Made by a program: the position numbers and the translations under genes. 62,169 nucleotides of DNA from an uncultured virus (IMG/VR IMGVR_UViG_3300044540_000246) (Duplodnaviria; Heunggongvirae; Uroviricota; Caudoviricetes). Each line of letters begins with the position of its first letter. Position 1 is the stretch's first letter. A model generated the notes under the pieces. It did not search any database. It saw nothing but the letters and a program-made list of their open reading frames with translations, and was not told the DNA's origin. The stretch lies in IMG/VR virus record IMGVR_UViG_3300044540_000246. One strand, 5' to 3'. This document shows, in pieces, positions 1 through 10,241 of the stretch.

Positions 1-364
1 TGAGGATCTTCTCGGCGTAGTCCTTCATCAGCCAGTGCGCCTCGTCATACTGCTGCTGCTTCGGCCCGCTGAACACCAACCCGGTCCAGACCAGCCACGG
101 CAGCGCGCCAAGGGCGAGAACCAGCGCCGGAAGCTCCCACAGCTCCAGCTCGGTACGGTTCCCGAGCACGAACGGGATCGGGTCTAGGGTGACGAGGAAC
201 TCCCCAAGGCCCCACAGGGCCCCGATGACCAGCAGCGACGCCAGCCACGCACCCAAGCGCAGACGGCCCCGCTCGGCGCCGTAGTTCACTGCGGGCAGCC
301 GCAGACCGTCCCGGGCCGTCTTCCCCGACAGGTACGCCGGCAGCGCCTCAGTCGTCTCGGTCAT
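1..364 (-). CDS. Membrane protein, 3' end runs off the window
   Basis: Manual translation from ATG 364 (MTETTEALPAY...WLASLLVIGALWGLG...LVLALGALPWLVWTGLVF...) is open to position 1. It has two hydrophobic segments and a GAAGGG RBS. Not in the ORF track because it is truncated. Confidence 0.6.
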   Translation of the reverse strand, partial: MTETTEALPAYLSGKTARDGLRLPAVNYGAERGRLRLGAWLASLLVIGALWGLGEFLVTLDPIPFVLGNRTELELWELPALVLALGALPWLVWTGLVFSGPKQQQYDEAHWLMKDYAEKIL

Positions 365-448
365 CGGAACCGCCCTTCGCTCTGGAACGACTCCAAAGTA
401 GCGCCCTGCTCGGACATTCCCCCTGTCCAGCGAGCACGGCGACGAGCC

Positions 449-3400
449 CTACACCGCGTCCGGTCCGAGCAGCGCGCGGATCTCCGCCGCGAGATGTCCG
501 GTCCCAGCCACCTTGAACTGGTCGCCGAGCGCCATCCGGACCACCGCACCGCCCTCACGCGCCATGACCAGGTGAACCGGACGCGACCCGGGGAACTGCT
601 CGAGCAGCTCCTTGAACGCTTCGACAACCTCGACGGTCAGCGCCGTCTCCGCGACCTGGACCACGATCGGGTCCGTCCGGCCGTCGTCGGCGACGGCCGC
701 CGCGGGAGCGTCCACCGGGGCCGGCTTACCCTCCGCGACCGCAGCCGCGGCCCGGTCGTGCTTGCGCTGCGCCGCAGCGAGGTCCGGCTGCGACACCGAC
801 TTCACCGCGAACGTCGTCGACCCGTCGTCGCGCTTCTCGACCCGTCCGGTGAACGTCAGAACCGCGTCACGGACCAGCAGCTCCGACACCTCCGCGTACG
901 TGCGCGGGAACACGAACACCTGCATCGAAGCGTCCAGATCCTCGACCGTCACGATCGCCCACGGGTCGCCGGACGCCTTCGTCGTCTTCTTCTCCACCGC
1001 CGAGATGAGACCCGCGATCTTCACCTGGTCGGTCGGAGGGTGCTCCGCGTCCCGTAGGTATGCGATCGGATGCGACGACAGCTGCTCGACAGCGCCCGCG
1101 AACTTCGCCAGCGGATGCCCCGACACGTACAGGCCCAGGACCTCACGCTCGCGCGCGAGCTTCTCCCGTTCGTCCCATTCCGGGATGTCCGGGATCGTCA
1201 GCTCGAACGCCGGCATCTCGACCGCGTCGTCGCCGTCGAACATCGACAGGAGATCTTCGCCCTTGCCCAGGCCGGCCTTCTTCGCCTTCCGAGCCTTCTC
1301 GCACGCCTCCTCCAGCACGAACGACAGCGACGACCGCGTCAGGCCGAACGAGTCGAACGCTCCCGCGAGGTTCAGCGCCTCGACCGCCTTCTTCCCCGCC
1401 AGTTGCGTGTCCGCGCGCATGAGTAAGTCGACCAGGTCCTTCGCTTTCCCATCAGTGCGCCGCTCGACCAGCCACGCGCTGATGCCGCCCTCGCCGACGC
1501 CCTTCACCCCGATCAGGCCCGTGCGGATGGCGTCACCGACGGCGGTGTAGTTCAGCTCCGACTCGTTCACGTCCGGGACGAGGACCTCGATCCCCATCCG
1601 GCGGCACTCCCCCAGATACAGCGCGAGCTTGTCCTTGTTGTCCGCGTTCGTCGTCAGCAGCGCAGCCATGTACTCCGCCGGGAAGTTCGCCTTCAAATAC
1701 GCCGTCTGGTACGAGATGAGCCCGTATGCCGCCGAGTGGCTCAAGTTGAAAGCATAATCCGAGAAGGGGACCAGGATCTCCCACAGCGCTTCGATCGCGT
1801 TGTCGGAGAACCCGTTCGCGCGCATTCCGTCCCGGAAACCCTCGAACTCCTTCGCGAGTTTGACCTTGTCCTTCTTGCCCATCGCACGCCGCAGCAGGTC
1901 AGCCTTACCCAGCGAGTACCCCGCCAGGTCCTGCGCGATCTTCATCACCTGCTCCTGATACACGATCAGCTGATGCGTCTTGCCTAAGATTGGGGCGAGC
2001 GCGTCCGCGAGCTCAGGATGGATAGGCGTCGCCGGCCGGCGCTTGTTCTTCCGGTCCGCGTAGTCAGTGTGGGCGCCCGCGGCCATGGGGCCCGGGCGGT
2101 ACAGCGCCAGGACGGCAGAGATGTCGTCGAAGGAGTCTGGCTCCATCAGTTTCAGCAGCGACCGCATGGGCGCCGAGTCCAGCTGGAACACCCCGAGAGT
2201 GTCGCCGCGCGCGACCAGGTCGAACGTCGCCGGGTCGTTCAGGTCGCGGCTGACCTGATCCAGGTCCACCTCGACGCCCCGGTTCAGGCGGATCAGACGC
2301 AGCGCCTCATCGATCGTGCCCAAGTTCGACAAGCCGAGGAAGTCGAACTTGATGCCGCCGAGCTCCTCGACCGACTGGTACTCCACCGCCGTCGTGATCG
2401 GCGACTTCGTGTCCCGCCGCATCAGCGGCGTGATCTCCACCAGCGGCTTACCCGCCATCACCACACCCGCGGCATGCATGCCGACGCCGCGCTGGATGCC
2501 CTCGATCTCCATCGCCAGGTCCACGACCTGCTGCGCGCCCGGCTCGGACGCGACCAGGTCCCGGAACTCCTGCCCCTCGTGGTACCGCTCATGCTCGGGG
2601 TTGAAGATGTCCTTCAGGGCGACGTCGCGGCCGACGATCGGCTTCGGGTAGACCTTGTTCAGCTTGTCGCCGAGCTGGTACGGCATGTCCAGCACCCGCG
2701 CGGAGTCCTTGATTGCGGCGCGGCCCTTGAGGAACCCGCGAGTCATCAGCTGGGTGACCTTGTCGTCGCCGTACTTCTCCCGAACGTAGTCGATGACCTC
2801 GCCGCGGCGGCGGTCGTCGAAGTCGACGTCGATGTCGGGCATGGACACGCGTTCGGGGTTGAGGAACCGTTCGAACATCAGTCCGTGCTCGAGCGGGTCG
2901 AGGTCGGTGATGCCGAGCGCGTACGCGACGATCGACCCTGCCGCTGACCCTCGGCCGGGTCCGACGCGAATGCCGTTCTCCTTCGCCCAGTTGATGAAAT
3001 CCGCGGTGACGAGGAAGTAGCCGGGGAACCCCATCTGGTTCATGACGCCGACCTCGTACTCGGCCTGAGCCTGATGCTCGGGCGAGATCCCGTCCGGGAA
3101 GCGCCGCTCGAGGCCGGCCTGCGTCTCCTTCATTAGCCACGTCTCGGTGGTCTCCCCATCGGGAACGGGGAAGTCGGGCATGTAGATCTCGCCGGTGCGG
3201 GGCTGCGCGGTGACCCGCTCAGCGATTGCGAGGGTGTTGTCGCACGCGTCGGGGGCGATGTCGTCCCAGATCGCGCGCATCTGCTCGGCAGTCTTGAGGT
3301 AGAAGTCGGGCGCGTCGAATTTGAACCGGTTCGGGTCGGACAGCTTCGACCCGGATCCGATGCACAGCAGCGCGTCATGCATGTGCGATTCGTGCTGGTG

Positions 3401-4075
3401 GACGTAGTGCAGGTCGGTCGTGGCGACAGTGCCGAGGCCGAGGTCCTTCGCGAGGCGGAGCAGGTCAGGGATGACGCGCTTCTCGATCGCGAGGCCGTGG
3501 TCCATCACCTCGACGAAGAAGTTGTCTTTGCCGAAGATGTCGCGGAACTTCGCGGCCGCTTCACGGGCCTTGCCGTAGTCGCCGATCCGCAGCCACGTCT
3601 GAACCTCGCCGGACGGGCAGCCGGTTGTGGCGATGATGCCTTTCCCATACTGCTGGAGGAGCTCCAAATCCATTCTCGGAGATCTGTAGAATCCAGTAAG
3701 GAACGCCTCGGTCGACATCTTGAACAGGTTGTAGAGACCGTCGGTCGTCTCGGCGAGCAGCGTCATGTGCGTGTACGCGCCGTTGCCGGACACGTCGTCC
3801 TCGCCGCCCCCGTTCCACCGGACGGGCTCCTTGTGGGTGCGCGGGACGTCGGGTGCGAGGTACGCCTCGATGCCGTAGATCGGCTTGACCGACGTGCCCT
3901 GGGTGGCCTTGTACAGGTCGTAGAACCCCGACATCGAGCCGTGGTCGGTGACAGCGACGGCGGGCATGCCGAGCTCCTCCGCCCGCTTCACCAGGTCGGG
4001 GATGCGTGCGGCACCGTCAAGCTTGGAGTTGTCGGTGTGGGAGTGGAGCGAGACGAACGACTTGGTCACGGGCAC
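449..4075 (-). CDS. dnaE: DNA polymerase III alpha subunit
   Basis: PHP domain (SLHSHTDNSKLDGAA, TDHG), GRGSAAGS, catalytic PDIDVDF, KFDFLGL, YAFNLSHSAAY, C-terminal OB fold. The start may be GTG 4069. Confidence 0.97.
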   Translation of the reverse strand: MPVTKSFVSLHSHTDNSKLDGAARIPDLVKRAEELGMPAVAVTDHGSMSGFYDLYKATQGTSVKPIYGIEAYLAPDVPRTHKEPVRWNGGGEDDVSGNGAYTHMTLLAETTDGLYNLFKMSTEAFLTGFYRSPRMDLELLQQYGKGIIATTGCPSGEVQTWLRIGDYGKAREAAAKFRDIFGKDNFFVEVMDHGLAIEKRVIPDLLRLAKDLGLGTVATTDLHYVHQHESHMHDALLCIGSGSKLSDPNRFKFDAPDFYLKTAEQMRAIWDDIAPDACDNTLAIAERVTAQPRTGEIYMPDFPVPDGETTETWLMKETQAGLERRFPDGISPEHQAQAEYEVGVMNQMGFPGYFLVTADFINWAKENGIRVGPGRGSAAGSIVAYALGITDLDPLEHGLMFERFLNPERVSMPDIDVDFDDRRRGEVIDYVREKYGDDKVTQLMTRGFLKGRAAIKDSARVLDMPYQLGDKLNKVYPKPIVGRDVALKDIFNPEHERYHEGQEFRDLVASEPGAQQVVDLAMEIEGIQRGVGMHAAGVVMAGKPLVEITPLMRRDTKSPITTAVEYQSVEELGGIKFDFLGLSNLGTIDEALRLIRLNRGVEVDLDQVSRDLNDPATFDLVARGDTLGVFQLDSAPMRSLLKLMEPDSFDDISAVLALYRPGPMAAGAHTDYADRKNKRRPATPIHPELADALAPILGKTHQLIVYQEQVMKIAQDLAGYSLGKADLLRRAMGKKDKVKLAKEFEGFRDGMRANGFSDNAIEALWEILVPFSDYAFNLSHSAAYGLISYQTAYLKANFPAEYMAALLTTNADNKDKLALYLGECRRMGIEVLVPDVNESELNYTAVGDAIRTGLIGVKGVGEGGISAWLVERRTDGKAKDLVDLLMRADTQLAGKKAVEALNLAGAFDSFGLTRSSLSFVLEEACEKARKAKKAGLGKGEDLLSMFDGDDAVEMPAFELTIPDIPEWDEREKLAREREVLGLYVSGHPLAKFAGAVEQLSSHPIAYLRDAEHPPTDQVKIAGLISAVEKKTTKASGDPWAIVTVEDLDASMQVFVFPRTYAEVSELLVRDAVLTFTGRVEKRDDGSTTFAVKSVSQPDLAAAQRKHDRAAAAVAEGKPAPVDAPAAAVADDGRTDPIVVQVAETALTVEVVEAFKELLEQFPGSRPVHLVMAREGGAVVRMALGDQFKVAGTGHLAAEIRALLGPDAV

Positions 4076-4165
4076 CTTCCAGGGGACTCAGCCCCTGCTA
4101 TCGGTGCGAGCGCGCGCCGGCGCCCGGCTCTTATGGAGCCTCGGCTGGCATGCTTCGGGAGCGGG

Positions 4166-4828
4166 TCAGTAGACCGGTCCGGCGGCCGGGATGGACACGG
4201 CACGGAACAGTTGGAACGGCTCCACTGAGAGGGCTGTGAGGTTCATCCACGACCTCAGCTCCGCTGCGGGCAGTTCCGGGGTGACCGTTTGAACAAGTCC
4301 GGAAATGAGCGCGTATTCGCCGAGGCTGTCGACGATCCAACGCTCGACCGACACATGCCGGTTCCGGTCGTAGGCGACCGCGGGCGCGGGAAGCGTCTTG
4401 GCGACGGCGATGAAGTCAGCCCACGTGTCGCCGTTCCAGTCGGAGAAGTCGCCGACGAGTTCGTCGCCGTACAGCGCTCGGGACTGGTCGAACATCGCAT
4501 CGGCGAGCTGTTCGAGCTCGGCCTGTCCGAGCGGGGCGCGCAGACACGCCGGGTCGAACGTGAGGTCGTCCGGGGTGGTGCGTGCCTCTTCCGGCGAGGC
4601 GGCGCATGCGACGGCAAGGTCGAGCGTGGCGAGGTAGGAAGCGACGGCGCCGTACGCGGGGATGATGGCGGCGGGGTGTTCGCCGGACCCGCCGCCAAGG
4701 ATGAGATCGTCGGGGGTCGCGTCGAAGTCGTCGCCTGCGTGGCGGCTGATGGTCGTGTTGATCCGGTACAGGGGGATGCCGGCGAACCAGCCGAGCTGGG
4801 TGTGGGGCAGTGAGTGAATGTAGGACAT
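4166..4828 (-). CDS. Hypothetical protein
   Basis: 220-aa ORF with protein-like composition, co-oriented with dnaE. Confidence 0.6.
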   Translation of the reverse strand: MSYIHSLPHTQLGWFAGIPLYRINTTISRHAGDDFDATPDDLILGGGSGEHPAAIIPAYGAVASYLATLDLAVACAASPEEARTTPDDLTFDPACLRAPLGQAELEQLADAMFDQSRALYGDELVGDFSDWNGDTWADFIAVAKTLPAPAVAYDRNRHVSVERWIVDSLGEYALISGLVQTVTPELPAAELRSWMNLTALSVEPFQLFRAVSIPAAGPVY

Positions 4829-4987
4829 GGGGTCTTCCGGTCTTCGTGGTGCCGCGGTCTGCCCGACCGAGCTGCGGGTGGCGGCTTATTCCATCGTGGC
4901 AGGGACCACCGTCATCGGGCCGGGCCGATGTGGACGGTCAGCGGCGTCGGAACGACTCGGCGCTCACGAACTTGCGAGGAACGCTCC

Positions 4988-5611
4988 ATGACGAACCCTG
5001 ACTACACCCACCTGACCCTCGTTGTGGACCGTTCCGGTTCGATGGAGTCGATGCGTTCCGAGGCGGAGCAGGGCATCAACCAGCTCCTTGCCGACCAGGC
5101 GAAGATTCCTGGCCGTTTCACTGTCACGATCGTGCAGTTCGACAGTGAGGTGGAGACCGTGAGCCGGATGGATGTCTGGCCCGCTCCGTATCAGCTCGTT
5201 CCTCGCGGGATGACCGCGCTACTCGACGCCGTCGGCAGTGAGATCGTCGCCACCGGCGAAGACCTCACCTCGCTGCCGGAGGACAGCCGACCGGCGAAGG
5301 TTGTATTCGTTGTCGTTACCGACGGGCAGGAGAACTCCAGCCACGACTGGGACCTCGACCGTGTCCGAGCTGCGATTGGGAAACAGAAAGCTGACTACCA
5401 GTGGGCGTTCCAGTTCCTCGGCGCCGGCGAGTCGGCATGGCAGGGCGCCGACCTCGGCATGGCGACGACCCGCTACTCCGCCGACGGTGCCGGCACGACC
5501 CGTTCGTACCAGGCGATGAACGCTGCGCTGACCAACTTGCGGGCAGCCCCGGCGAACGCGGACGCGGTGTTCTCTATGCCGGAGACGATCGACGGGGACA
5601 GCGGAAGCTAA
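4988..5611 (+). CDS. von Willebrand factor A (vWA) domain protein
   Basis: MIDAS motif VVDRSGSM, TALLDA, VVTDGQEN; GAGGA RBS before ATG 4988. Confidence 0.88.
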   Translation: MTNPDYTHLTLVVDRSGSMESMRSEAEQGINQLLADQAKIPGRFTVTIVQFDSEVETVSRMDVWPAPYQLVPRGMTALLDAVGSEIVATGEDLTSLPEDSRPAKVVFVVVTDGQENSSHDWDLDRVRAAIGKQKADYQWAFQFLGAGESAWQGADLGMATTRYSADGAGTTRSYQAMNAALTNLRAAPANADAVFSMPETIDGDSGS

Positions 5612-5678
5612 CCGCACCTGCAGTTCACCGTTAGGCAACGCCGACCCGGAGCGTCCCACGGAAAGGGCGGTGGCGGCC

Positions 5679-6359
5679 ATGGCCGTGAAGAAGGTTCGCA
5701 AGGCTGACGGCTCCGCCGTCTTCGTTCGCACCGGGGAGGGGTCCGGCGGCGGCATCGTCGGCAACGCGCCCAGTCCGCGGACGCTGCGCGGCATCTCCGC
5801 GCCCGGACAGGCCCCGACCGCACTCCTTGACGGCTTGGACTGGCTCGCGGCGAACCCGGGCATCGTCGTGCCCTACCAGCCGTCCGTGGAAGCTGACCGT
5901 CTCGCATTCGCAATGGGAGCCGGGGGTGGAGTCGGAGCCTGGCTCGAACGCCGCAAGGCCCGGCGCGAGCTCGAGGAGAAGTTCGGCCCGATCGACTGGT
6001 CCGACCGGGACCTCGTTCCCGCGCCGACGTTCACCGCGCCCGCCCCGCAGGCGCCCGCGCAGCAGTCGATGACTGACACTGTCACGATGAGCGCGACCGC
6101 GCCTTCACGCTCCGCCGCGACCGACCCGGCCGCGCTTCGCGCGTACAGCGGCCAGTACGGGGTCCTGTGGTTGCGTGGCGCTGACGGCGACTTCTATCGG
6201 ATGGCAGACACTGCCCGAATGCTGCACTGCGAGGTCGGCGACCCCGGAGCCGCCGCGGACAGCGAATGGCGGCATAAGGAGCACGTCCTGGTCCAGTACG
6301 CGTCGTACGCGCTGCGGTACCAGCTCGATGACGTGTTGTTCACCCCGAACTCCGCCTGA
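5679..6359 (+). CDS. Hypothetical protein with divergent basic/Gly-rich N-terminal leader
   Basis: Starts MAVKKVRKADGSAVFVRTGEGSGGGIVGNAPSP; GGAAAGGG RBS; CGTTAGG at 5629. Confidence 0.65.
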   Translation: MAVKKVRKADGSAVFVRTGEGSGGGIVGNAPSPRTLRGISAPGQAPTALLDGLDWLAANPGIVVPYQPSVEADRLAFAMGAGGGVGAWLERRKARRELEEKFGPIDWSDRDLVPAPTFTAPAPQAPAQQSMTDTVTMSATAPSRSAATDPAALRAYSGQYGVLWLRGADGDFYRMADTARMLHCEVGDPGAAADSEWRHKEHVLVQYASYALRYQLDDVLFTPNSA

Positions 6360-6446
6360 CGCTGTAACGCTTCGACTGAGCATTCCGATGCGGTATAGTA
6401 GGGCTGTCCGGCTTTCGCGATCCCCCGGGCGAGAACGGACCAACCC

Positions 6447-7061
6447 ATGGCGCGCTTCTTCTCCGCTGACCACCACTTTGGACACGCCCGCATCATCGAG
6501 CTGTGCGGCAGGCCGTTCCGCTCCGTCGCGGACATGAACGAGATCATTCTCGCGAACGCATGGGAGATGGTCGGCCCCGACGATGACTTCTACCTCCTCG
6601 GCGACCTCGCGATGGGGTCCCTTGACGATTCACTCTCCTTCGCGTCCCGGCTCCCGGGACGGAAGATCCTCATCCTCGGCAACCACGACCGGCCTTTCAG
6701 TGAGCGAACCGAGCCGCGACGCGAAGCCGCTCGCCGCCGTTACGAAGACGCCGGCCTGACCATCGCTGACAGTCTCGTCGTTCGTGACACGATCGGGGGC
6801 CGCGACGTGCTCCTTTCGCACTTCCCATACGTCGGCGACTCCCACTCCGCCGTCGACCGGTGGGCCGAGGTCCGGGCCCGCGACGAGGGGCTGCCGATTG
6901 TGCACGGCCACGTCCACACGAGTTGGCACATCGACGGCCGTCAATACAACGTCGGTGTCGACGTCAACGACTTCCGGCCCGTTCCGGAGCAGGTCCTCGC
7001 CGACTGGGCCGCTTCCCTTCTTCCCGTGTCGTCCCAACACAAGACCGCCCGTGACCGATAG
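6447..7061 (+). CDS. Calcineurin-like metallophosphoesterase
   Basis: Motifs ADHHFGH, LGD, GNHD, SHFP, HGHVH, NVGVD. Confidence 0.92.
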   Translation: MARFFSADHHFGHARIIELCGRPFRSVADMNEIILANAWEMVGPDDDFYLLGDLAMGSLDDSLSFASRLPGRKILILGNHDRPFSERTEPRREAARRRYEDAGLTIADSLVVRDTIGGRDVLLSHFPYVGDSHSAVDRWAEVRARDEGLPIVHGHVHTSWHIDGRQYNVGVDVNDFRPVPEQVLADWAASLLPVSSQHKTARDR

Positions 7062-7122
7062 CGCCAGCGCGCGGCACAGACCCCGAACCGCCAACTCGCC
7101 AAATGAAGGAACCGACCGACTA

Positions 7123-8085
7123 ATGGGTGCGACACCATTCGCTCTATGCGTTTGTGTCACTTGCGGCCCGCCGTGGCGTAGCCAGTCACCTGAACCCGAC
7201 CGCGCCACCGACTTCGCCGGCTGGCTCGGGTGGCACTCATGGATGGCCCTGTGCCCCCGATGCGGAAGCAAACGATGCGTCGGAGCGTCCAACCACGACC
7301 AGCTATGCGCGCCCGCATTTCCCGGACCGACACTCAGCGCCTCGACGTCGACGGACCCCGGCAGCCTGAAGAAGGACTCTGCGAGCGGCGGGAACCTCAA
7401 CGCACGCATCGCGGAGGCGCGCGGCGTGGCTCTCACCGTCCGAGTGAAGGTGGGCGTCGCAGAGTCCCGAGTTATCAACGAACTCGCGGACGCTCTCCAA
7501 GCAATGGCCGCGGAGATGCATTCGCGCGAGCTACACCACTTCGAAACCGAGAAGCTGCTGGCCGAAGCCGGCATCGATCCGGACTCGCCGGCTCCGTCAT
7601 CAACAAGCGCTCCACAAGCGTCACCGGCCGCGCGGGCGCAAGGTGCGGAGGAGCGCGGTGTCGCGGACCGTGCAGCGGTACTGGCTATCCTCGCCGACCC
7701 TCAATGGCAGCGCTCCAACGTCGTGTACGAATGGCCCGACGACGAGGCCGAAGCGTACCGAGCGCTCGGCTGGTCGGAAGGGGCCGCAGCCGCTCATGAG
7801 ATCCTGCTGAACAAACAGGCCGACGCCGTGATGAGCGTTCTACGGACCGCGAGCGACGTGAAGGCCGAGGTGTTTGCGGAGGAGGCTGAGCATGTGCAGC
7901 GCCTCATCGACGCTGAACAGTCCGTTGAGCCGCAAGGTTCTACCGCCCACGCCATGCAGGGCTATGTTCTCAATGAACTGGAAGCGCTACGTGACCGTTT
8001 GCGGAGGCGTGCCGCCGAGTACTTCGGCCCAGCATCGCTCGCGGCGGCCGAACCACCCACAACTCCCTCGTCTTCGGCGCCCTGA
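7123..8085 (+). CDS. Hypothetical protein with Cys-rich N-terminus
   Basis: ATG 7123 after GAAGGA; CxCxxC and CPRCGSKRC...NHDQLC motifs. Start is uncertain. Confidence 0.55.
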   Translation: MGATPFALCVCVTCGPPWRSQSPEPDRATDFAGWLGWHSWMALCPRCGSKRCVGASNHDQLCAPAFPGPTLSASTSTDPGSLKKDSASGGNLNARIAEARGVALTVRVKVGVAESRVINELADALQAMAAEMHSRELHHFETEKLLAEAGIDPDSPAPSSTSAPQASPAARAQGAEERGVADRAAVLAILADPQWQRSNVVYEWPDDEAEAYRALGWSEGAAAAHEILLNKQADAVMSVLRTASDVKAEVFAEEAEHVQRLIDAEQSVEPQGSTAHAMQGYVLNELEALRDRLRRRAAEYFGPASLAAAEPPTTPSSSAP

Positions 8086-8124
8086 CCCCTCGACGGGTTT
8101 GGTCGGGTCGGGTGGTGCGATGCG

Positions 8125-8131
8125 CGTTAGG
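8125..8131 (+). promoter_or_regulatory. CGTTAG(A/G) motif, representative copy; putative element-specific promoter
   Basis: Copies at 5629, 8125, 11874, 13126, 18790, 19336, 28431, 47187, 53957 and 58885, with variant AGTTAGG at 30488. All lie 15-80 nt upstream of + strand starts. Confidence 0.65.
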
Positions 8132-8168
8132 GTTCGACGGTCAGCAGCGGCCAGTGAAGGGATATCCG

Positions 8169-8261
8169 ATGCCCGCAACCCGTGACCCGAAAGGCGCCCG
8201 CCGCGGAGGAAAGAGCTCCGGCGGCCAGTTCACCGCGAACACGTCCGGAAAGGCCGGCATC
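8169..8261 (+). repeat. Leader A coding repeat, copy 1 (others 11918-12010 and 13937-14029)
   Basis: About 90-bp near-identical sequence at the 5' end of three unrelated ORFs. Copies 1 and 2 also share upstream CGCGTTAGGG...TCAGCAGC...GTGAAGG. Confidence 0.95.
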
Positions 8262-8723
8262 ACAGCACCAAGCGTGCCGCCGATACCGGGACCTGCGCGT
8301 CTTGCGGATGCGGGCCAGGGAAGCTACGGCATGACGCGCGAACAGTTTGAAGCGTTCCTCGCCGCCCCTCCCCCTGCTCTTGTCAGCATTTCGGTCGAGC
8401 AGCTGTCCGACCGCCGCGACCGCACCCTTCTCCTGGGGTACACCGTTAACCGTGACACCTTTCACGTATACCTCCAAGACGGACTCCTGTGCCGTCACGT
8501 CTACTCGTCCGTGTTCCCGGATCGGTCAATCGCGGGATACGAGAACGAGGCTGGGGCGGAGCTTGTCGTTCAAGAGTTGGTCCCGAACAAGCGCGTGTAC
8601 CCCCAGTACTGCGACCCGGAGTTTGTCGGGCTCCTCCGGCAGGCGGGCGTCACGGTGCCGTTCACTAACCACAGCGATCCGGGGCGGGAAGGGCCGTTCT
8701 TCGCGAAGACCATGGAGGGGTAG
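8169..8723 (+). CDS. Leader-A-tagged hypothetical protein
   Basis: ATG 8169 after GAAGGG; MPATRDPKGARRGGKSSGGQFTANTSGKAGI, a Pro-rich linker, then a globular domain. Confidence 0.8.
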   Translation: MPATRDPKGARRGGKSSGGQFTANTSGKAGITAPSVPPIPGPARLADAGQGSYGMTREQFEAFLAAPPPALVSISVEQLSDRRDRTLLLGYTVNRDTFHVYLQDGLLCRHVYSSVFPDRSIAGYENEAGAELVVQELVPNKRVYPQYCDPEFVGLLRQAGVTVPFTNHSDPGREGPFFAKTMEG

Positions 8724-8965
8724 AAGGGCCCGGACGGGACGGTGTCGTCCGCTACGCCTTAGTCTCCGCATCGATCGGGATGAGGAATCCGCGCGTCTCG
8801 TGAGCGTGCTCAGCTCCCGAAATCGCCAGTTCAGTAGGGATATCGAACAATTTCGCAACCGCCCTCCCAGCCCCACGATCGCAAATCGCCAGTTAACGCG
8901 CTACACCGGTCACCGATAACCGATGGCGTCGGCGCTTTGCCGGCCGGTTCGGAACGGGGCTTCCT

Positions 8966-9844
8966 ATGCGACGTCACCATCTACTGCCCGTCTTCGCGGT
9001 CACGGCCGTCATACTGACCGCCTGCGCGGCTCCCCTTGAGGCACAGCTCGCCTCCACAGGCCAGCCAATCTCGACAGTCGAAACTGACGCGTCAGTCGCC
9101 AGCGCCAACGAAGCAGGGCAGGGCCTGAGCGAGAGCAACATCCCCAACACGGCCGGCGAATCCACGGCCACCGGCCCGATCGCGGGCGACGGCGACTCTT
9201 CGATGCAAGGAGAAGTCAAGCCCAACGAGACAGCGACAAGCGGCGAACCCGCCCCGCCCGACTCAGCCACCGAAACCTCACACGAAGGAAGCGAGGTGCA
9301 GGGAGCGGAGACCCCGCCGCCGTCTGACCCCCTCGCCTCTGCGCCAACATCTTGCGCCCCTGCGCCGACAGATGCTTTCGGGGAAGCGCCTTCGGTGACG
9401 TCGGTCGGCGGAGTCGGCGGCACGACAACATCCGATCTGCAGAGCTTCGCTCGCACATACAACGACATCCGAGTTGCGAACTGCCTTCCGCCGATCCCTT
9501 ACCGGAACATCCGATACGACTCCTGCACGGAGACGCGTTTGTTCTGGATTGCCGAAGATCCGTCCACAGATTCGGCGAGCGCCTGGGGGCATATCGGATC
9601 CGTTCGCTCGGACGGACTGGCCAGCGTCGGCTGCGACGGCAACCTCGCTGGGGGCGCAGCTGACATTGGCGCTACCGTCGCCCAGAAATGGTGGGACTCG
9701 GCCCCGCATCGGGCATCCCTGTACAAGCCGACGTTCTTGGGCTCAACCAACGGCGTCTGTATCCTCTTTGCGATGACGCATGGCGGGGTGCCGAACGAAC
9801 CATACTCGTTCACGCGCGCAGCGGCGCGTTGGGTGAACTGCTGA
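8966..9844 (+). CDS. Lipoprotein with CAP/SCP-like C-terminal domain
   Basis: Lipobox ILTAC, low-complexity S/T/E/P linker, YNDIRVANCL and WWDSAPHRASL resembling the CAP signature. Confidence 0.7.
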   Translation: MRRHHLLPVFAVTAVILTACAAPLEAQLASTGQPISTVETDASVASANEAGQGLSESNIPNTAGESTATGPIAGDGDSSMQGEVKPNETATSGEPAPPDSATETSHEGSEVQGAETPPPSDPLASAPTSCAPAPTDAFGEAPSVTSVGGVGGTTTSDLQSFARTYNDIRVANCLPPIPYRNIRYDSCTETRLFWIAEDPSTDSASAWGHIGSVRSDGLASVGCDGNLAGGAADIGATVAQKWWDSAPHRASLYKPTFLGSTNGVCILFAMTHGGVPNEPYSFTRAAARWVNC

Positions 9845-9866
9845 CACGCGCTTCTGTCGCGGCCGG

Positions 9867-10241
9867 TCAGTCAACCGCGCAGTACGCGACTTTCCCGTTC
9901 TTCACTCGCGCGTAGATAGTGTGAGTCCCGAAGAGGTAACGGTCGCTGCTCGAATCGTGAGCAGCGCCGACGAGGGTGTCTTCGACGCGTTTACCGTCAC
10001 TGCGATAGACATGAAGCTCATACCCAGCCAGTGAAGCGATTGCCGCCACTTCCTCGACAGATCGGCCGATCAACGCCGCCGGTGGAATGTAATCGCCGTC
10101 GCGCTGTCGCGCAGCGATCGCTTCGAACCGCGAGCGTCGTTCACGACGGATGGCGCGAAGGTTGCGCAGCCACACCGGGTTCGTCAGGCGGTAAGTATTC
10201 GGCAGACGAAGGTTCCCACACTCGGGGCATCGCAGCAGCAT
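9867..10241 (-). CDS. Hypothetical protein with CPEC motif
   Basis: The C-terminal part of track ORF 9867..10952 looks protein-like, while the upstream part overlaps the M50 gene. Start is uncertain. Confidence 0.4.
   Translation of the reverse strand: MLLRCPECGNLRLPNTYRLTNPVWLRNLRAIRRERRSRFEAIAARQRDGDYIPPAALIGRSVEEVAAIASLAGYELHVYRSDGKRVEDTLVGAAHDSSSDRYLFGTHTIYARVKNGKVAYCAVD

Noticed and set aside
361..417. 18-aa ORF MSEQGATLESFQSEGRFR ending in GRF, between dnaE and the membrane gene
   Set aside because: It is too short to support, and the GRF overlaps the RBS and start of the next gene, so it is probably incidental.
449..4075. Intein or split in dnaE
   Set aside because: The length is normal (about 1200 aa), there are no Hint motifs, and the reading frame is continuous.
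8169..8261. The RR in leader A as a Tat signal
   Set aside because: There is no S/T-R-R-x-F-L-K consensus and no hydrophobic h-region.
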